The notes under the pieces were generated by a model that saw only the letters and a list, made by a program, of their open reading frames with translations, ran no database searches and was not told the DNA's origin. From positions 64,040-128,039 of the forward strand of contig CAYMYO010000001.1 of assembly GCA_964394685.1 (NCBI GenBank): a stretch of 64,000 nucleotides of DNA. Direction: 5' to 3'. This document shows, in pieces, positions 1-11,287 of the stretch. Source of the stretch: an uncultured Gammaproteobacteria bacterium (GTDB lineage: Bacteria > Patescibacteriota > Microgenomatia > UBA10105 > UBA927). Position 1 is the stretch's first letter; every line of letters begins with the position of its first letter. A program made the position numbers and the translations under genes.

Positions 1-444
1 GCGTGGGTTTCCGGAGGAAGCGGAGCGTTTAGAAGAAGTATATGGAATCAACTTGGTGGTATGGATACTATCTACAACCCGTTTTATTGGGAAGATATTG
101 ATTTATCCTACCGCGCCAGAAAGGCCGGTTGGAAGATAATATTTGAATCAGAGAGCATGGTTGATCATTATCACGAAGAGGGGAAGATTAAACAGGAATT
201 TAGTCAGGTAGACGTGAAGAGAATTGTGTATAGAAATCAATTTATTTTTATCTGGAAGAATGTGACGGATACAAGAATTCTTTTGTCGCATGTATTCTGG
301 ACTCCAATTCGCCTCATGCAGGCTCTCTTAAGCAATAATATGGTAATGATACAAGGATTTCTATGGGCGTTAATGTATATTGGCTCTATTTTTCACAAGC
401 GGTGTAAACAGAAAATATTATATAAACGGACTGATAATGAATAA
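1..444 (+). CDS. Glycosyltransferase family 2, C-terminal fragment (5' end lies outside the window)
   Basis: The reading frame is open from base 1. The translation AWVSGGSGAFRRSIWNQLGGMDTIYNPFYWEDIDLSYRARKAGWKI matches the GT2 C-terminal motif (F.ED.DL..R....G). The ORF-track M at position 61 is internal. Confidence 0.7.
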   Translation, partial: AWVSGGSGAFRRSIWNQLGGMDTIYNPFYWEDIDLSYRARKAGWKIIFESESMVDHYHEEGKIKQEFSQVDVKRIVYRNQFIFIWKNVTDTRILLSHVFWTPIRLMQALLSNNMVMIQGFLWALMYIGSIFHKRCKQKILYKRTDNE

Positions 445-1909
445 AAAAACCTTTTTTATTATTCTTTTCTGTATTACGGCCTTGGGTTTTCTTCTTCGTT
501 TCTGGAACTATTCTGGTCGGTATGGACTTGCGTATGACCAGGCGCATGATGCAATTGTCGCTCGCGAAGCCGTAAGAGAAGGGAAAATACCACTTGTCGG
601 ACCTTTTTCTTCCGCCGGTCCATTTCAAACAGCAGGAACTTGGTATTGGCTTCTTATGGTGCCAACAGCTCTGTATCCGTATTCTGTGTTATCACCGTGG
701 ATATTTTTAACATTTTGCAGTGTGCTTTTTATTATTGGCATGGGGTTGTTTGGTAATTATCTTGAAGATAAATCGTTTGGATTAATTCTTGCAACTCTCA
801 CGGCTGTTTCAACGGCTCAAATAGATCAATCTATAAATTTAACGAATCAAACGCCGATTCCATTTTTTTCGTTTCTCACCATTGTATGCGCTGTTTTATA
901 TTTGAAACATAAAAAAATGTTCACTGCTTTTTTAATGGGATTTTTCGCAGCTTTTGCTGCATCTATTCATTTACAAGGAGTGTCATTGGGTATTATTGTT
1001 TTTATTGCACTGCTTTGTAGTGGGAAATCTGCTTTACAATCTATCATTGCTGCTTTTATAGGTGCTGTAATCCCAATGATCCCACTGTTTTTATGGGATA
1101 CATCTAATGATTTTGTTAACAGCAAAAATATGTTGTACTACTATCGATATGATCAGTTTAATATATCTCTTGATGTACTTGGACGCCGATGGCTTACCTA
1201 TATTAATGATTTTTGGCCTCGTGAATGGTCGCATATAGTGGGTGGTGTGCCAAATATTGCCATAGGAATTGCACTAATCGTTATTCTCTTTTTTCTCTAT
1301 TATGTATGGAAACGAAAATTACCTTTACATTGGATAGTAATATTTATTTCTTTCTTCTGCATGGTTGTTTTGGTTCGCTATACGCGAGTTCCCATTTTTG
1401 CGAGTTTCATAACTTTTATGCATCCATTTGTGATTCTGATTACTGGATGGGGAATATATAAATTAATACAGCACTATCGATATATTGGATACCTGTTTTT
1501 ATTATGTGTTGTTATTGGAAGTTTTTGGAAAACTTCAATTGTAGCGTTTACACCCAAAGTTAACTGGACCGAAAAAGCTGCAAAAGATATACGAAATATG
1601 TTGATAACAAAATATCCAAATGAGAAATTTGCTATTTATGATTATAAGTATAATGAAACACGCAGGTCAGTACCATATGTATTATTCTTAGACGAGGTAA
1701 ATTTACTTTCAGATACGGGAAGAAGAATCGGATTTATCCCCTCGAAAGCCCAGGAAATTCTACAAACAGATATTATTTCAACGGATGGCGGGCTTATTTC
1801 AGACCTTACATCGTCCTCAAGTGCAACACTCTTAACTGATGGTTGGGCTTTTGTAAATCCATCAAAAATATATTCATCTACAGAAGAATGGCGTTCAATA
1901 TCTAAATGA
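437..1909 (+). CDS. Polytopic membrane protein, GT-C-fold glycosyltransferase-like (YDQ / GPF-GP-YY motif family)
   Basis: Start MNKKTFF at 437 overlaps the upstream stop in ATGA fashion. There are ten or more predicted TM segments. The N-terminal loop AYDQAHDAIVAREAVREGKIPLVGPF..G.WYW is shared with paralogs at 12921, 14410 and 19740. Confidence 0.6.
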   Translation: MNKKTFFIILFCITALGFLLRFWNYSGRYGLAYDQAHDAIVAREAVREGKIPLVGPFSSAGPFQTAGTWYWLLMVPTALYPYSVLSPWIFLTFCSVLFIIGMGLFGNYLEDKSFGLILATLTAVSTAQIDQSINLTNQTPIPFFSFLTIVCAVLYLKHKKMFTAFLMGFFAAFAASIHLQGVSLGIIVFIALLCSGKSALQSIIAAFIGAVIPMIPLFLWDTSNDFVNSKNMLYYYRYDQFNISLDVLGRRWLTYINDFWPREWSHIVGGVPNIAIGIALIVILFFLYYVWKRKLPLHWIVIFISFFCMVVLVRYTRVPIFASFITFMHPFVILITGWGIYKLIQHYRYIGYLFLLCVVIGSFWKTSIVAFTPKVNWTEKAAKDIRNMLITKYPNEKFAIYDYKYNETRRSVPYVLFLDEVNLLSDTGRRIGFIPSKAQEILQTDIISTDGGLISDLTSSSSATLLTDGWAFVNPSKIYSSTEEWRSISK

Positions 1910-3237
1910 GTATTCGACACAGTTTAATTATAATAATAGTTATTGCGTTTATTACTAGAATTATTGCATCCATATGGTCTTTTGGGTATCGGGATAATAC
2001 GGACGTACTGCGATACAAGGATTGGGCAAGAATTAGTTATGTATATGGATTAAGTGAAACATATCGGAAAGAACATATTACCTTCGGAACGCTCCCAAAT
2101 AATCAGCCGCCGGGACTTCTTTATATATTATCTACTTCTTATAGACTTCATATTCAATTATCAAAAGTATTACTTCGATTCATGCCTCATTCAGAAGAGG
2201 TGACAGGGTGGTTAAACGGTCCGGTAATGAGTTTTATGCTGCGTTTGCCTTCGATAGTGTCTGATTGTATTATCGGAATATTAATTTTTCTTTTTGTTAT
2301 GAGATATAACAAAAAACGAGGAGGATTTATTGCATCAGCGCTCTATTTATTTAATCCGGTTGTTATTTATAATAGCGCTGTTTGGGGTCAAGTTGATTCG
2401 ATTATTAATATGTTTTTTCTTCTTTCTCTTTGGATGTTATATAAAAAACACATGTTTATTAGCATGACCCTATTATGTTTTTCTATTCTGACAAAATTTT
2501 CTCTTTTATTTATAGTCCCTTTTTATTTTCTTCTTTGGTATAAAGAAGTGAAAAGCAGATGGGATTATCTGTATGCTGCAGGATTAGCTTGTGTGACCGG
2601 TATTCTATTTACTTTTCCAATTTCAACAAAACCTATTCATTGGCTGATAGGTTTTATACAGCAAAACGCTACAGGAGAAATGACGAATATTACGGCATTT
2701 GCAATGAATATATGGTGGGTTATATTCCGTCCATTCATTACAATAGGAAACCCGAATAATTTATTTTCATTTAGTGAAGTGCGTCTTATTAATTCACCTG
2801 AATCATCTTTACTGTGGTTTGGTATACCGCTTTTTGTATGGGCCGTCGCTCTATTTATCGCCTGTAGTATTCCGTTATATTTTGCTATCTACAAAAACAA
2901 AAAGAGCAACACGCAACATATATTTATAGCTCTCGCATGTTATTCGCTTTTAGCTTTTACATTTTTACCTCAAATGCATGAACGCTATATGTATCCAGCT
3001 TTTGTCTTACTTGCAATTTCTTTGGGATTTGCAGGAAATCTTGTTATTCCATACGTCATAGTAACCGTATTGAATATGATTAATGTGTATATTGTTTGGC
3101 ACCCAATGCCAGTGAGTTTTTTCCCATATCAAATCTGGACAGAAGTTTGGTTTCAATGGACAGTCAGTCTCTGCACTGTAATTGTTGCGTGTGTTGTATA
3201 TATTCAAACGCTCCGATTTTTATATGAAAAAAGATAA
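1906..3237 (+). CDS. Polytopic membrane protein, probable GT-C-type glycosyltransferase
   Basis: 443 aa, highly hydrophobic, and its start overlaps the upstream stop by 4 bp. Its context among GT-C genes supports the call. The family is not confidently recognised. Confidence 0.5.
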   Translation: MSIRHSLIIIIVIAFITRIIASIWSFGYRDNTDVLRYKDWARISYVYGLSETYRKEHITFGTLPNNQPPGLLYILSTSYRLHIQLSKVLLRFMPHSEEVTGWLNGPVMSFMLRLPSIVSDCIIGILIFLFVMRYNKKRGGFIASALYLFNPVVIYNSAVWGQVDSIINMFFLLSLWMLYKKHMFISMTLLCFSILTKFSLLFIVPFYFLLWYKEVKSRWDYLYAAGLACVTGILFTFPISTKPIHWLIGFIQQNATGEMTNITAFAMNIWWVIFRPFITIGNPNNLFSFSEVRLINSPESSLLWFGIPLFVWAVALFIACSIPLYFAIYKNKKSNTQHIFIALACYSLLAFTFLPQMHERYMYPAFVLLAISLGFAGNLVIPYVIVTVLNMINVYIVWHPMPVSFFPYQIWTEVWFQWTVSLCTVIVACVVYIQTLRFLYEKR

Positions 3238-5530
3238 TCTCATTATTGTAATTATCGCTTGTGTTATCGGTATATCTATATTTTGGAAAAGTAATATATT
3301 AGGCCTTGTTCCGTTTCCCGGTGACTATCTCTTAAGCTGGTACGAACCGTGGAAAACATATTTTACTTCTAACGGTGTACCAATACTTATTCATAAAGCG
3401 ATACTTGATGATGTATTCCGGCAATTATACCAATACAAAATGATTGCAGCAGATGACATTCGTCATGGGTATTTACCGCTTTGGAATTCATATAACGGGT
3501 CGGGAATGCCTCTTATGGCAGTTATGCACGCGGGATTTCTTACTCCGCTTATGGTATTGTTCGTAACACTCCCTGGTTGGCTAGCATGGACAATATATAT
3601 TGCCATTCAACCCATATTGTTATCCATCGGAATACTTTGGTATGTAAGAAAAATTGGTCTCTCATGGATGCCATCGATAGTTGTAGCGATTATTTACGCT
3701 ACATCCGGTTTTGTTACCGTTCGCTATCTCTATGGAGAGTATCTTTATGTTGCAGCCTGTCTGCCGTTTTTATTAGGGATTATTGAAACGTATCGTGAGA
3801 ATAAGAAATCGAAAAGTATATGGAGTATCCCGCTTATCATCTTGTTTATGATGATTTCAGGTCAACCACAAATGATTTTGTATGTTCTTTTCATGTTCGT
3901 TCTTTACGCACTAATTCGATTAAAGGAGACAAAGAAAGCATATATAACAGTAGGTATTTTATGTTTGACGGGATTATTGTTGTCAGCAATTCAACTTGTT
4001 CCGACTATAGAGCTCTACAAACAAGCAAATATGAATCCCCAGGCTTCAACATCTATTATTGAAAAGTTCTTGCTTCCCATTTCTCAATTAATTTCAATTA
4101 TCATTCCCAACTATTTCGGCAACTCTGCCACCTATAACTATTGGGGGATTGGAGATTATGTTGAAACAGTGGCCAGTGTCGGCAGTGTGGCAATAGTATT
4201 ATTCGGTTTTAGTTTACTATCAGGTAAAAGAAATGAGATTCGGACTTTTTTTCTTACGATTGTCGGACTGACAGTGTTATTAGTAGTGCGTTCTCCCTTG
4301 ACAGAATGGCTGTATACACTTCCCATTCCGATTATTTCAACAGGAGTACCAACAAGAATATTTTTCTTAACGACGTTTTCAATCTGTATTCTTTCAGGTT
4401 TAGGTTTGGATTATTATCTGCGAAACGTGCATGTACGCAGGGAACGAATTTGGATGGGAGCAGTGTGTATCATAGTTTTGCTATCTGCTTTAATTGGCCG
4501 CTTTATTGTTGAAACAAAAGGGCAAATGACTGCGTTTCGAAATTCTTTATTCGAAATAGCGATCTTACTTGTCGCTATATTTGTATTATTATTTATTCGA
4601 AAAATTAAGTCATTAAAACGTATACAAGTTTTGATATATGTTGTAATTCTTTTGCAGTTTGCTGTGGGATTATATAACAGTAACAAATTCTTACCTTTCT
4701 CCTCTCGTAATACCATATTTCCATATTCACAAGTCATTGATAAGCTACGAACAATAGCTTCTTTTGATAGGGTGACGGGACTTGGTTCTGCGGTAGTTCA
4801 ACCAAATATTGCTACAGCACTTCATCTCTATGATCCGAATTATTATGATCCGTTATATATTAAAAGGTACGGTGAACTAGTGGCATACGCGAATTCAGGG
4901 AGCGTACCGGATATTCTTCCGAGAAGTGATGTGATGATAAATAGTGAAGTAACACCGAAACAGGAAGTAAATCAAAGAAGAGAGAGATTGTTTCAATTGC
5001 TAAGTGTTCGGTACCTATTGCTTCATGCTAAAGAAAATAATTTTACCATTCAGGAAAACTCTCAAGCGCTTCCTAGAGCATATATAGTAAAGAATTATGA
5101 AAATATTAGTAATACTAATCAATTATTAAATCGATTGTTCGACCCGCTATTCGATCCAACAAATTCTGTCATAGTAGAAAAGGATATTCCTTTCGCAAAG
5201 ACAATAAATACCCAGAGGAATGATAGCAGTAAAATCATTTCTTATCAGTCGAATCATGTCGAAATTCAGGTTTCTGCATCAACTCCCGCCATTCTTGTTC
5301 TTACAGACACCTATTATCGAGGATGGAAAGCATACGTAGATAATGTTGAAACTCCGATATATCGAGCGAACTATTCACTTCGAGCTATTATTATTCCCCA
5401 GGGGAATCATGTGGTTCAATTTATTTATAGACCGTTATCAGTTACGATCGGATTATATATTACTTTAGGGAGTGGAATACTGTATATTAGTATTTTGATA
5501 TATATGTTTCGCAAAAAACCTGCTCATTAA
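3224..5530 (+). CDS. YfhO-family membrane protein (GT-C-like glycosyltransferase)
   Basis: The N-terminal motif LVPFPGDYLLSWYEPWK is typical of YfhO. The protein is large and polytopic, with a C-terminal YRGWKAYVDN beta-rich domain. The MKKDNLII start is preferred over the upstream M. Confidence 0.65.
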   Translation: MKKDNLIIVIIACVIGISIFWKSNILGLVPFPGDYLLSWYEPWKTYFTSNGVPILIHKAILDDVFRQLYQYKMIAADDIRHGYLPLWNSYNGSGMPLMAVMHAGFLTPLMVLFVTLPGWLAWTIYIAIQPILLSIGILWYVRKIGLSWMPSIVVAIIYATSGFVTVRYLYGEYLYVAACLPFLLGIIETYRENKKSKSIWSIPLIILFMMISGQPQMILYVLFMFVLYALIRLKETKKAYITVGILCLTGLLLSAIQLVPTIELYKQANMNPQASTSIIEKFLLPISQLISIIIPNYFGNSATYNYWGIGDYVETVASVGSVAIVLFGFSLLSGKRNEIRTFFLTIVGLTVLLVVRSPLTEWLYTLPIPIISTGVPTRIFFLTTFSICILSGLGLDYYLRNVHVRRERIWMGAVCIIVLLSALIGRFIVETKGQMTAFRNSLFEIAILLVAIFVLLFIRKIKSLKRIQVLIYVVILLQFAVGLYNSNKFLPFSSRNTIFPYSQVIDKLRTIASFDRVTGLGSAVVQPNIATALHLYDPNYYDPLYIKRYGELVAYANSGSVPDILPRSDVMINSEVTPKQEVNQRRERLFQLLSVRYLLLHAKENNFTIQENSQALPRAYIVKNYENISNTNQLLNRLFDPLFDPTNSVIVEKDIPFAKTINTQRNDSSKIISYQSNHVEIQVSASTPAILVLTDTYYRGWKAYVDNVETPIYRANYSLRAIIIPQGNHVVQFIYRPLSVTIGLYITLGSGILYISILIYMFRKKPAH

Positions 5531-7208
5531 TTGTATCTATTGCCAACTGAGCAGTGGTAAGCTTATTTGGGTATTGTTTTAAATTATACTTCTGACAAAT
5601 AACATCATTTTTTATGTTGTAAACTTGCCCTCCGTCTTTGAGTCGGGAAATACTAAGATATAAATTCATATCTGACGGGGTGCATACGGCATCCATAATT
5701 ATTGTTTGATTATTATCGGCTTTATATATTAATTCGCATCCTCGGAAACTGACCCCATCCAAATCAAAGGAGGCATTGATATTTGATTGGGACAATGAGC
5801 GAATGGTCTTTTTTGAAAGACTATTGGTATAGAAAAGATATTTACTTAAATAATCACGGTTTGATGGAGAGTAGAGTGTGATTGGTATATCTTTTTGTTT
5901 GGCGAGGATTATATACCGTGAAAGTACGCGCATATGAAAGCTTCCGAATTCCTGCAGCGGGTGTTCATAAAAGTATATATATCCAAATTGAAACACACTG
6001 TATAAATACAGCATCGTAATTATTCCGCCGATAATATAAGACCATCGTTTTTTGAAACTAGAAATGGATTCCTTAATACCAATGCCGACAAATAGAATAA
6101 GAAACGGGAACATAAACGCAAGGTGTCCGGAGAAATCTCCTGATAATTTAAAAAATAACTGTGGAAATGTTCCAATAAGGACAAACAGACTCAAATAAAG
6201 AAAATAGATTTTTCTTTTTGCAAATAGAAATAGTCCTCCGAGAATAATACTTATGCAGTCGATCATATAGAAGAAACCATGAGTACGAATAGGGAAAAAT
6301 AGATCTCCTTCAATAAACAAATAAGGAAGAGAAAAAATTCGAATAAGTTTTTCTGCTAATAATTTTATATATATGGTGTATTTGTTAACAAGTTGGTTTG
6401 TAAATGGAAATACAAGGGAATCTTTTCTAATCTCATTTACTTGACTTACGACTTTGGGATCATTCGGAAGGAAAATGTCAGTCACCCGTAATCTCGTTGC
6501 AGAAGTTTTAATCAGAAATGCGTATATAGCAATAATGACAATGCATATACCCAAAAGAACAAAATACGCTTTTAAGGACTTTGGTTTGTTTTTAATATAT
6601 GCAAACGCTATAGCAATAAGTACAAATGGAAGCAGTATTATTTTTGTTCCTATGTATGAATAAAAGGCAAGAAGTAGAGGAATGACTGCCCATAATATTT
6701 TCCAACCTCGTTTTTTTAATATAACGACAAATGCAAGAAGGTAAAAAAACGTTGCCGGTGTTGATTCATACCCGGTACGTCCCATAACAACAAGCCAGGG
6801 GTTAATAGCAGCGACAAGACCGGTTGCAATTGCTATTGGCGTTCCGAAAAGATGTTGTGCTATGAAGTAAAGAATAATTACGATGCCGACTGAAAGAATT
6901 GCAAATGGTAGATGTGCCATAAATAGTGAAAAAGGGAAAATACCACTAAACGGAAGGTGGAGAAAATACGGCAGTTCTGCTTGTTGCTGATTCGGAGGAT
7001 ATCGGAAAATAAGAGCGTTGAATATGTTCCAGGTTCCTGTCATATCATGACCTGTGAGTGTAACTGATTTTGCAGTGAGCGGGTAGATAAGTTCATCGCC
7101 GCTGATTGCATTTGGAATACGATCAAGATACAAAAAACGAAATAACGCTGCCAAAACAATAATGATCGCCAGCGGTATAAATGTAAGAAGTTTTTTATTT
7201 TTTTTCAT
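5487..7208 (-). CDS. ArnT/PMT-like (GT39/GT83-type) membrane glycosyltransferase
   Basis: The N-terminus MKKNKKLLTFIPLAIIIVLAALFRFLYLDRIPNAISGDELIY carries the first-loop DE motif characteristic of polyprenyl-phosphate-sugar-dependent GT-C enzymes. The protein is polytopic. Confidence 0.65.
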   Translation of the reverse strand: MKKNKKLLTFIPLAIIIVLAALFRFLYLDRIPNAISGDELIYPLTAKSVTLTGHDMTGTWNIFNALIFRYPPNQQQAELPYFLHLPFSGIFPFSLFMAHLPFAILSVGIVIILYFIAQHLFGTPIAIATGLVAAINPWLVVMGRTGYESTPATFFYLLAFVVILKKRGWKILWAVIPLLLAFYSYIGTKIILLPFVLIAIAFAYIKNKPKSLKAYFVLLGICIVIIAIYAFLIKTSATRLRVTDIFLPNDPKVVSQVNEIRKDSLVFPFTNQLVNKYTIYIKLLAEKLIRIFSLPYLFIEGDLFFPIRTHGFFYMIDCISIILGGLFLFAKRKIYFLYLSLFVLIGTFPQLFFKLSGDFSGHLAFMFPFLILFVGIGIKESISSFKKRWSYIIGGIITMLYLYSVFQFGYIYFYEHPLQEFGSFHMRVLSRYIILAKQKDIPITLYSPSNRDYLSKYLFYTNSLSKKTIRSLSQSNINASFDLDGVSFRGCELIYKADNNQTIIMDAVCTPSDMNLYLSISRLKDGGQVYNIKNDVICQKYNLKQYPNKLTTAQLAIDTINEQVFCETYISKY

Positions 7209-9606
7209 ATCTATAAAGAATCAATAAACAAACAGCTCCGATTAAACTTATATATACCCCAATGTTAAACGATTTCGGGAAATAGGTGAATGTCACTGTA
7301 TGTTTCCCTTCGGGAACAACTATCGCGCGAAATGCCCAGTTGGCTTTATAAATATTCGTTGTATTCTCATCGACTGTTGCCTTCCATCCCTCATTATACG
7401 TATCGCTCATAAATAGCATCTGTTGTCCATCTGTATGTGTAGAAAAAGTAATTTCAGTTGGAGTATATGATTTCAGGGACACGGTATGATTTTCTCCAAA
7501 TAACTTTGGAAGACGTGCTATGTCATTATCATGAAGATAAACTGTGTTATTGGTATTAGTTATGTTATAAAATTGCCGTTCAAAATCGTTTGTGTCAATA
7601 TAACCCTTGACATCTGTTGTGAGGAAAAATCTCGGAGCAGCCTTCATGTTTTCGAATATCGTCCATGTATCTTTTTGCCATACCGGTTTGAACCTGTCTG
7701 TTGGAAAAGTGTTGTCGGACATTGGATTTTCGGAGCGATTTAAAATGTATTTCACTCCCAGAAGATCCATTATGCGAAGTCTATACGTATTTGACGGAAG
7801 ATCATCAGCTCCATAACCAGGAGCAAGTTGTGCGTCGGAGCGGGTTGTTCTATTAAATATGTTTGCGATATTTCCATCACGACTGCTTTGAATAAATTCG
7901 TTATACCATTTGAGATTTAACGGATCTGTTCCGTCTGGAGAATAGGTGCGTGTTTGCGTAGCAAAGTTTGCCTCAATTGCCGCAGTGCCATATCCCCAAT
8001 ACCGATATATTCCGGAATTCGTTTTCATAAATTGCATGATTGCATTTTCCGGAAATGCGAACGAAGACGGTACAAAAGGATTAAACTTAATAAACGAATA
8101 AAATAGTTCGATTACGGAAAGGGCGATAAGTGCATAGAGAGCAAGTGATGAATATTTTTTTGCAATAAGAAGCGCTATGATTGCACCAAGAATGACAGAG
8201 GAAAATATCATCGCCCGTTTCATTACAGCAAACGATTGAGCTGTATAGGTAAGTCCGGGAATTGAAGGATGAATAAGAGCAAAAAGCCAAAGTAAAACAA
8301 AGATACCAATAAGTAGTGATATAAACGGAATAATTGATTTTTTTTGATTTTTTAATGCATCTATTCCAAAACCCGCAAGGATAGATAACGCAAACAGAAG
8401 AATAAAAAGAATTCTAGTTGGTGTTCCTGTTGACATGATGGGCATTGGATATCGGTATAAAAGTTGTGTTATTGGGGTATTGACGGTAATCAAAAGAATA
8501 GCTACAGCTGTCCAAAGAAAGAATACTTTATGAAAAGATTTTTTTGGGTCAATGAGTGTTGCGATGACCAGGGAAAAACCAACCACTCCGATGGACAACG
8601 TTTTCCCGACATAATCTCCGGTAAAATTAGTTTTTGTTGCAGGATTTCCAAAAAAGTCCTGAATAACAAGAAGTGGTAATTGCCACCACTGAATAAGCAT
8701 GTTTGAAACAATTTGTTGGTAATCATGAGCCACACGTGCGGAATTTTTGAATAATTCTATTGTCGGGAGGAGTTGGGGAGCGGCAAGAAGAAAGGGAATA
8801 ACAATGATAAATGCTAATCCGCCAGCTGGCGGATAAATAATAAATTCTATTTTTTCTTTGTTTGTCCACGATCGGAGTATTAATAAACGAATAGTTATAT
8901 AAATAACTAAAAATAAGAAGCAGTTTAGAAAATCTTGTGGATGTCCCGCAGTAATTGCTGAGAAAAAAGCAAAAATAAATAGAATTTTTTGAGCGAGAGT
9001 AAGTAATCTTTGTTTAATTCCGCGTTCAATAATAAAAAGTAGGAGAGGAAGCCAAAGGATGGTATACAAAATAGTAATAAATTCCATCCAAATAGAAGCA
9101 AAACTGGAAAAATTAAATAGAATTGCTGATGCAACAGCTGCAGTTGCGCTCAGTCCAATTTCTGTAGCAAATAGATAAGTAAATACAGAGCCAAGAAGCG
9201 GTTGTAAAATAATAAGAATTGTCCAAGCGATAATTTGAGGGAATATGTAATAGAAAATTGTTAACGGATAAAATACTTGTGATTGATAATTAGCAAGTAG
9301 TGGACTACCGGAAAAATTATACGGGTTCCATAAAGGCATTTTTCCTTTCTTTATTTCTTGTATAACGAGTGTTTTCCAGGGGTATAATTCCCTAATGACG
9401 TCAAAATATTGATCTTTCGATGGAATAGCACCTGCCACATACCCGTTATATGATTGGTGTCGCCAGGGGCCGTATCCTGATAAAAGTAAATCCCCCGGAA
9501 AAGGGATAAGTCCCCGAAACAGTGTTTTATAGAAGAAAAGACAGACAACCAGAAGAATAATTGCTATAGGTATAACGCGTTTAGGCATCAAGAGTATTTT
9601 TTTCAT
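7195..9606 (-). CDS. YfhO-family membrane protein (paralog of 3224-5530)
   Basis: The motif LIPFPGDLLLSGYGPWRHQSY is present. The 803-aa protein has many TM segments and a C-terminal YNEGWKATVD domain parallel to the + strand paralog. Confidence 0.65.
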   Translation of the reverse strand: MKKILLMPKRVIPIAIILLVVCLFFYKTLFRGLIPFPGDLLLSGYGPWRHQSYNGYVAGAIPSKDQYFDVIRELYPWKTLVIQEIKKGKMPLWNPYNFSGSPLLANYQSQVFYPLTIFYYIFPQIIAWTILIILQPLLGSVFTYLFATEIGLSATAAVASAILFNFSSFASIWMEFITILYTILWLPLLLFIIERGIKQRLLTLAQKILFIFAFFSAITAGHPQDFLNCFLFLVIYITIRLLILRSWTNKEKIEFIIYPPAGGLAFIIVIPFLLAAPQLLPTIELFKNSARVAHDYQQIVSNMLIQWWQLPLLVIQDFFGNPATKTNFTGDYVGKTLSIGVVGFSLVIATLIDPKKSFHKVFFLWTAVAILLITVNTPITQLLYRYPMPIMSTGTPTRILFILLFALSILAGFGIDALKNQKKSIIPFISLLIGIFVLLWLFALIHPSIPGLTYTAQSFAVMKRAMIFSSVILGAIIALLIAKKYSSLALYALIALSVIELFYSFIKFNPFVPSSFAFPENAIMQFMKTNSGIYRYWGYGTAAIEANFATQTRTYSPDGTDPLNLKWYNEFIQSSRDGNIANIFNRTTRSDAQLAPGYGADDLPSNTYRLRIMDLLGVKYILNRSENPMSDNTFPTDRFKPVWQKDTWTIFENMKAAPRFFLTTDVKGYIDTNDFERQFYNITNTNNTVYLHDNDIARLPKLFGENHTVSLKSYTPTEITFSTHTDGQQMLFMSDTYNEGWKATVDENTTNIYKANWAFRAIVVPEGKHTVTFTYFPKSFNIGVYISLIGAVCLLILYRYEKK

Positions 9607-9664
9607 ACGGATGCTATTCGTATTATATCAATATTCTGATATACTTTTGTTAAAGCAAAGTGAT

Positions 9665-11287
9665 ATGAAAAAAATAGTTTTAGCTGCATTGATTTTTTTT
9701 GCGTTTTTACTTCGAACATATAACATATCGCATGTTCCGCCGGCTCTTTCCTGGGACGAGGTATCTATCGGATATAACGCATATAGTATTTTAAAAACTG
9801 GGAAAGATGAGCACGGGAAGTTTTTCCCCTTAGATGCATTTGTCGCCTACGGTGATTATAAACCACCGCTTGCAATATATCTCACAGTTCCAAGTGTTGC
9901 TATTTTTGGATTAAACGAATTTTCCGTACGCTTACCTTCAGCGTTATTTGGAACACTGACTATAGTATTGACCTATTTTTTGGTCAAGGAATTATTCAAG
10001 AAAAATCAATCATTGGCGCTATTATCCTCCGCGTTATTGGCAGTTTCACCGTGGCATATCAATTTGTCACGGGCTGGATTTGAGGCAACTATTGCATTAT
10101 TTTTTGTTGTTTTTGGAACATGGTTGATATTGAAAGCTCAAAATCAACCTCGTCTGTGGCCTTTTGCATTTATTCCGTATGTATTATCCATGTATACATT
10201 TAATAGTTCCAGGTATTTTGTTTTGATATTTATCGTTGGTTTAAGTATTTATTGCTGGGAACATATACGAAAGTCTTGGAAACAAGTTATTTTAGGTGTT
10301 TGCATTGCAGGTATTATTCTATTGCCATTACTTCCGCATCTCGTATCAAAAGAAGCAAGACTGCGATTTGTTGAAGTAAATATTTTTTCCGATCCCCAGA
10401 CAGTGATAATAGCAAATGAGAGAATTAATCGGGAAGGTAATTCCATTATCGGAAAGATAGTAAACAATCGAAGAGTCGGGTATGCAAGAAGTTATCTCAT
10501 TCATTTTTTTGATAATTTGCAACCTGATTTTCTGTTTATCAAAGGAGATGGAAACCCAAAATTCTCTATTCAGGATATTGGACAGCTGTATTGGGTAGAA
10601 GCACCACTTTTAATTATTGGTATATTTGCACTTCTTATAGTAAATGCCCCGATCGCACTTCTTCTTATATTTTGGATTATTGCGGCCATTATGCCGGCTG
10701 CTGTTGCTCGGGAGACACCGCACGCGCTTCGTATATTAAATTCTCTTCCCACCTGGCACATTTTTATTGCTTTTGGGATGCTTTCATCAATACAATACGC
10801 TAAAAAAATACACGTCTTATTATCTACTGTTATTATATTATTACTTTCCGTGATATATGCACTTAATGGTATGTATTACCTTCATAAATATTATCGTCAT
10901 TATCCGATAGAATTTTCTGGTGAATGGCAGTACGGATATAAAGACGCGCTATCAAGTATTATTCCTATTGAGTCAAAGTACGCTTCCGTTGCATTGACGG
11001 GACTTATTGGTCGGCCGTATATGTATACGTTATTTTATAAGCAAATTGATCCAACAGAGTTACAAAGAACAAAAGACGTCCGATTTGATGCAGCGGGGTT
11101 TTATCACGTGTATGGATTTGGGAAGTATCGGTTTATAGATGAATTACCAGCACAACTGAATCCTCAAACACTCTATATATGGGATGCTACAACGGTTCCA
11201 AAGGGAGTACGTATTATTAGTACAATTAGACTATTAAATGGAATTCCAGTACTGGTGATATTTGATTTGGGAGCAGTCGAGTTATGA
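9665..11287 (+). CDS. ArnT/PMT-like (GT39/GT83-type) membrane glycosyltransferase
   Basis: The segment PPALSWDEVSIGYNAYSILKTGKDEHGKFFPLDAFVAYGDYKPPL contains the WDE loop motif. The MKKIV start lies 54 nt inside the track ORF. It forms a tandem paralog with the next gene. Confidence 0.7.
   Translation: MKKIVLAALIFFAFLLRTYNISHVPPALSWDEVSIGYNAYSILKTGKDEHGKFFPLDAFVAYGDYKPPLAIYLTVPSVAIFGLNEFSVRLPSALFGTLTIVLTYFLVKELFKKNQSLALLSSALLAVSPWHINLSRAGFEATIALFFVVFGTWLILKAQNQPRLWPFAFIPYVLSMYTFNSSRYFVLIFIVGLSIYCWEHIRKSWKQVILGVCIAGIILLPLLPHLVSKEARLRFVEVNIFSDPQTVIIANERINREGNSIIGKIVNNRRVGYARSYLIHFFDNLQPDFLFIKGDGNPKFSIQDIGQLYWVEAPLLIIGIFALLIVNAPIALLLIFWIIAAIMPAAVARETPHALRILNSLPTWHIFIAFGMLSSIQYAKKIHVLLSTVIILLLSVIYALNGMYYLHKYYRHYPIEFSGEWQYGYKDALSSIIPIESKYASVALTGLIGRPYMYTLFYKQIDPTELQRTKDVRFDAAGFYHVYGFGKYRFIDELPAQLNPQTLYIWDATTVPKGVRIISTIRLLNGIPVLVIFDLGAVEL

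Noticed and set aside
386-628. 80-aa minus-strand ORF antisense to the start of the 437-1909 membrane gene
   Set aside because: It is fully embedded antisense in a well-supported CDS. It has no motif and shows AT-rich low-complexity translation, typical of a spurious ORF.
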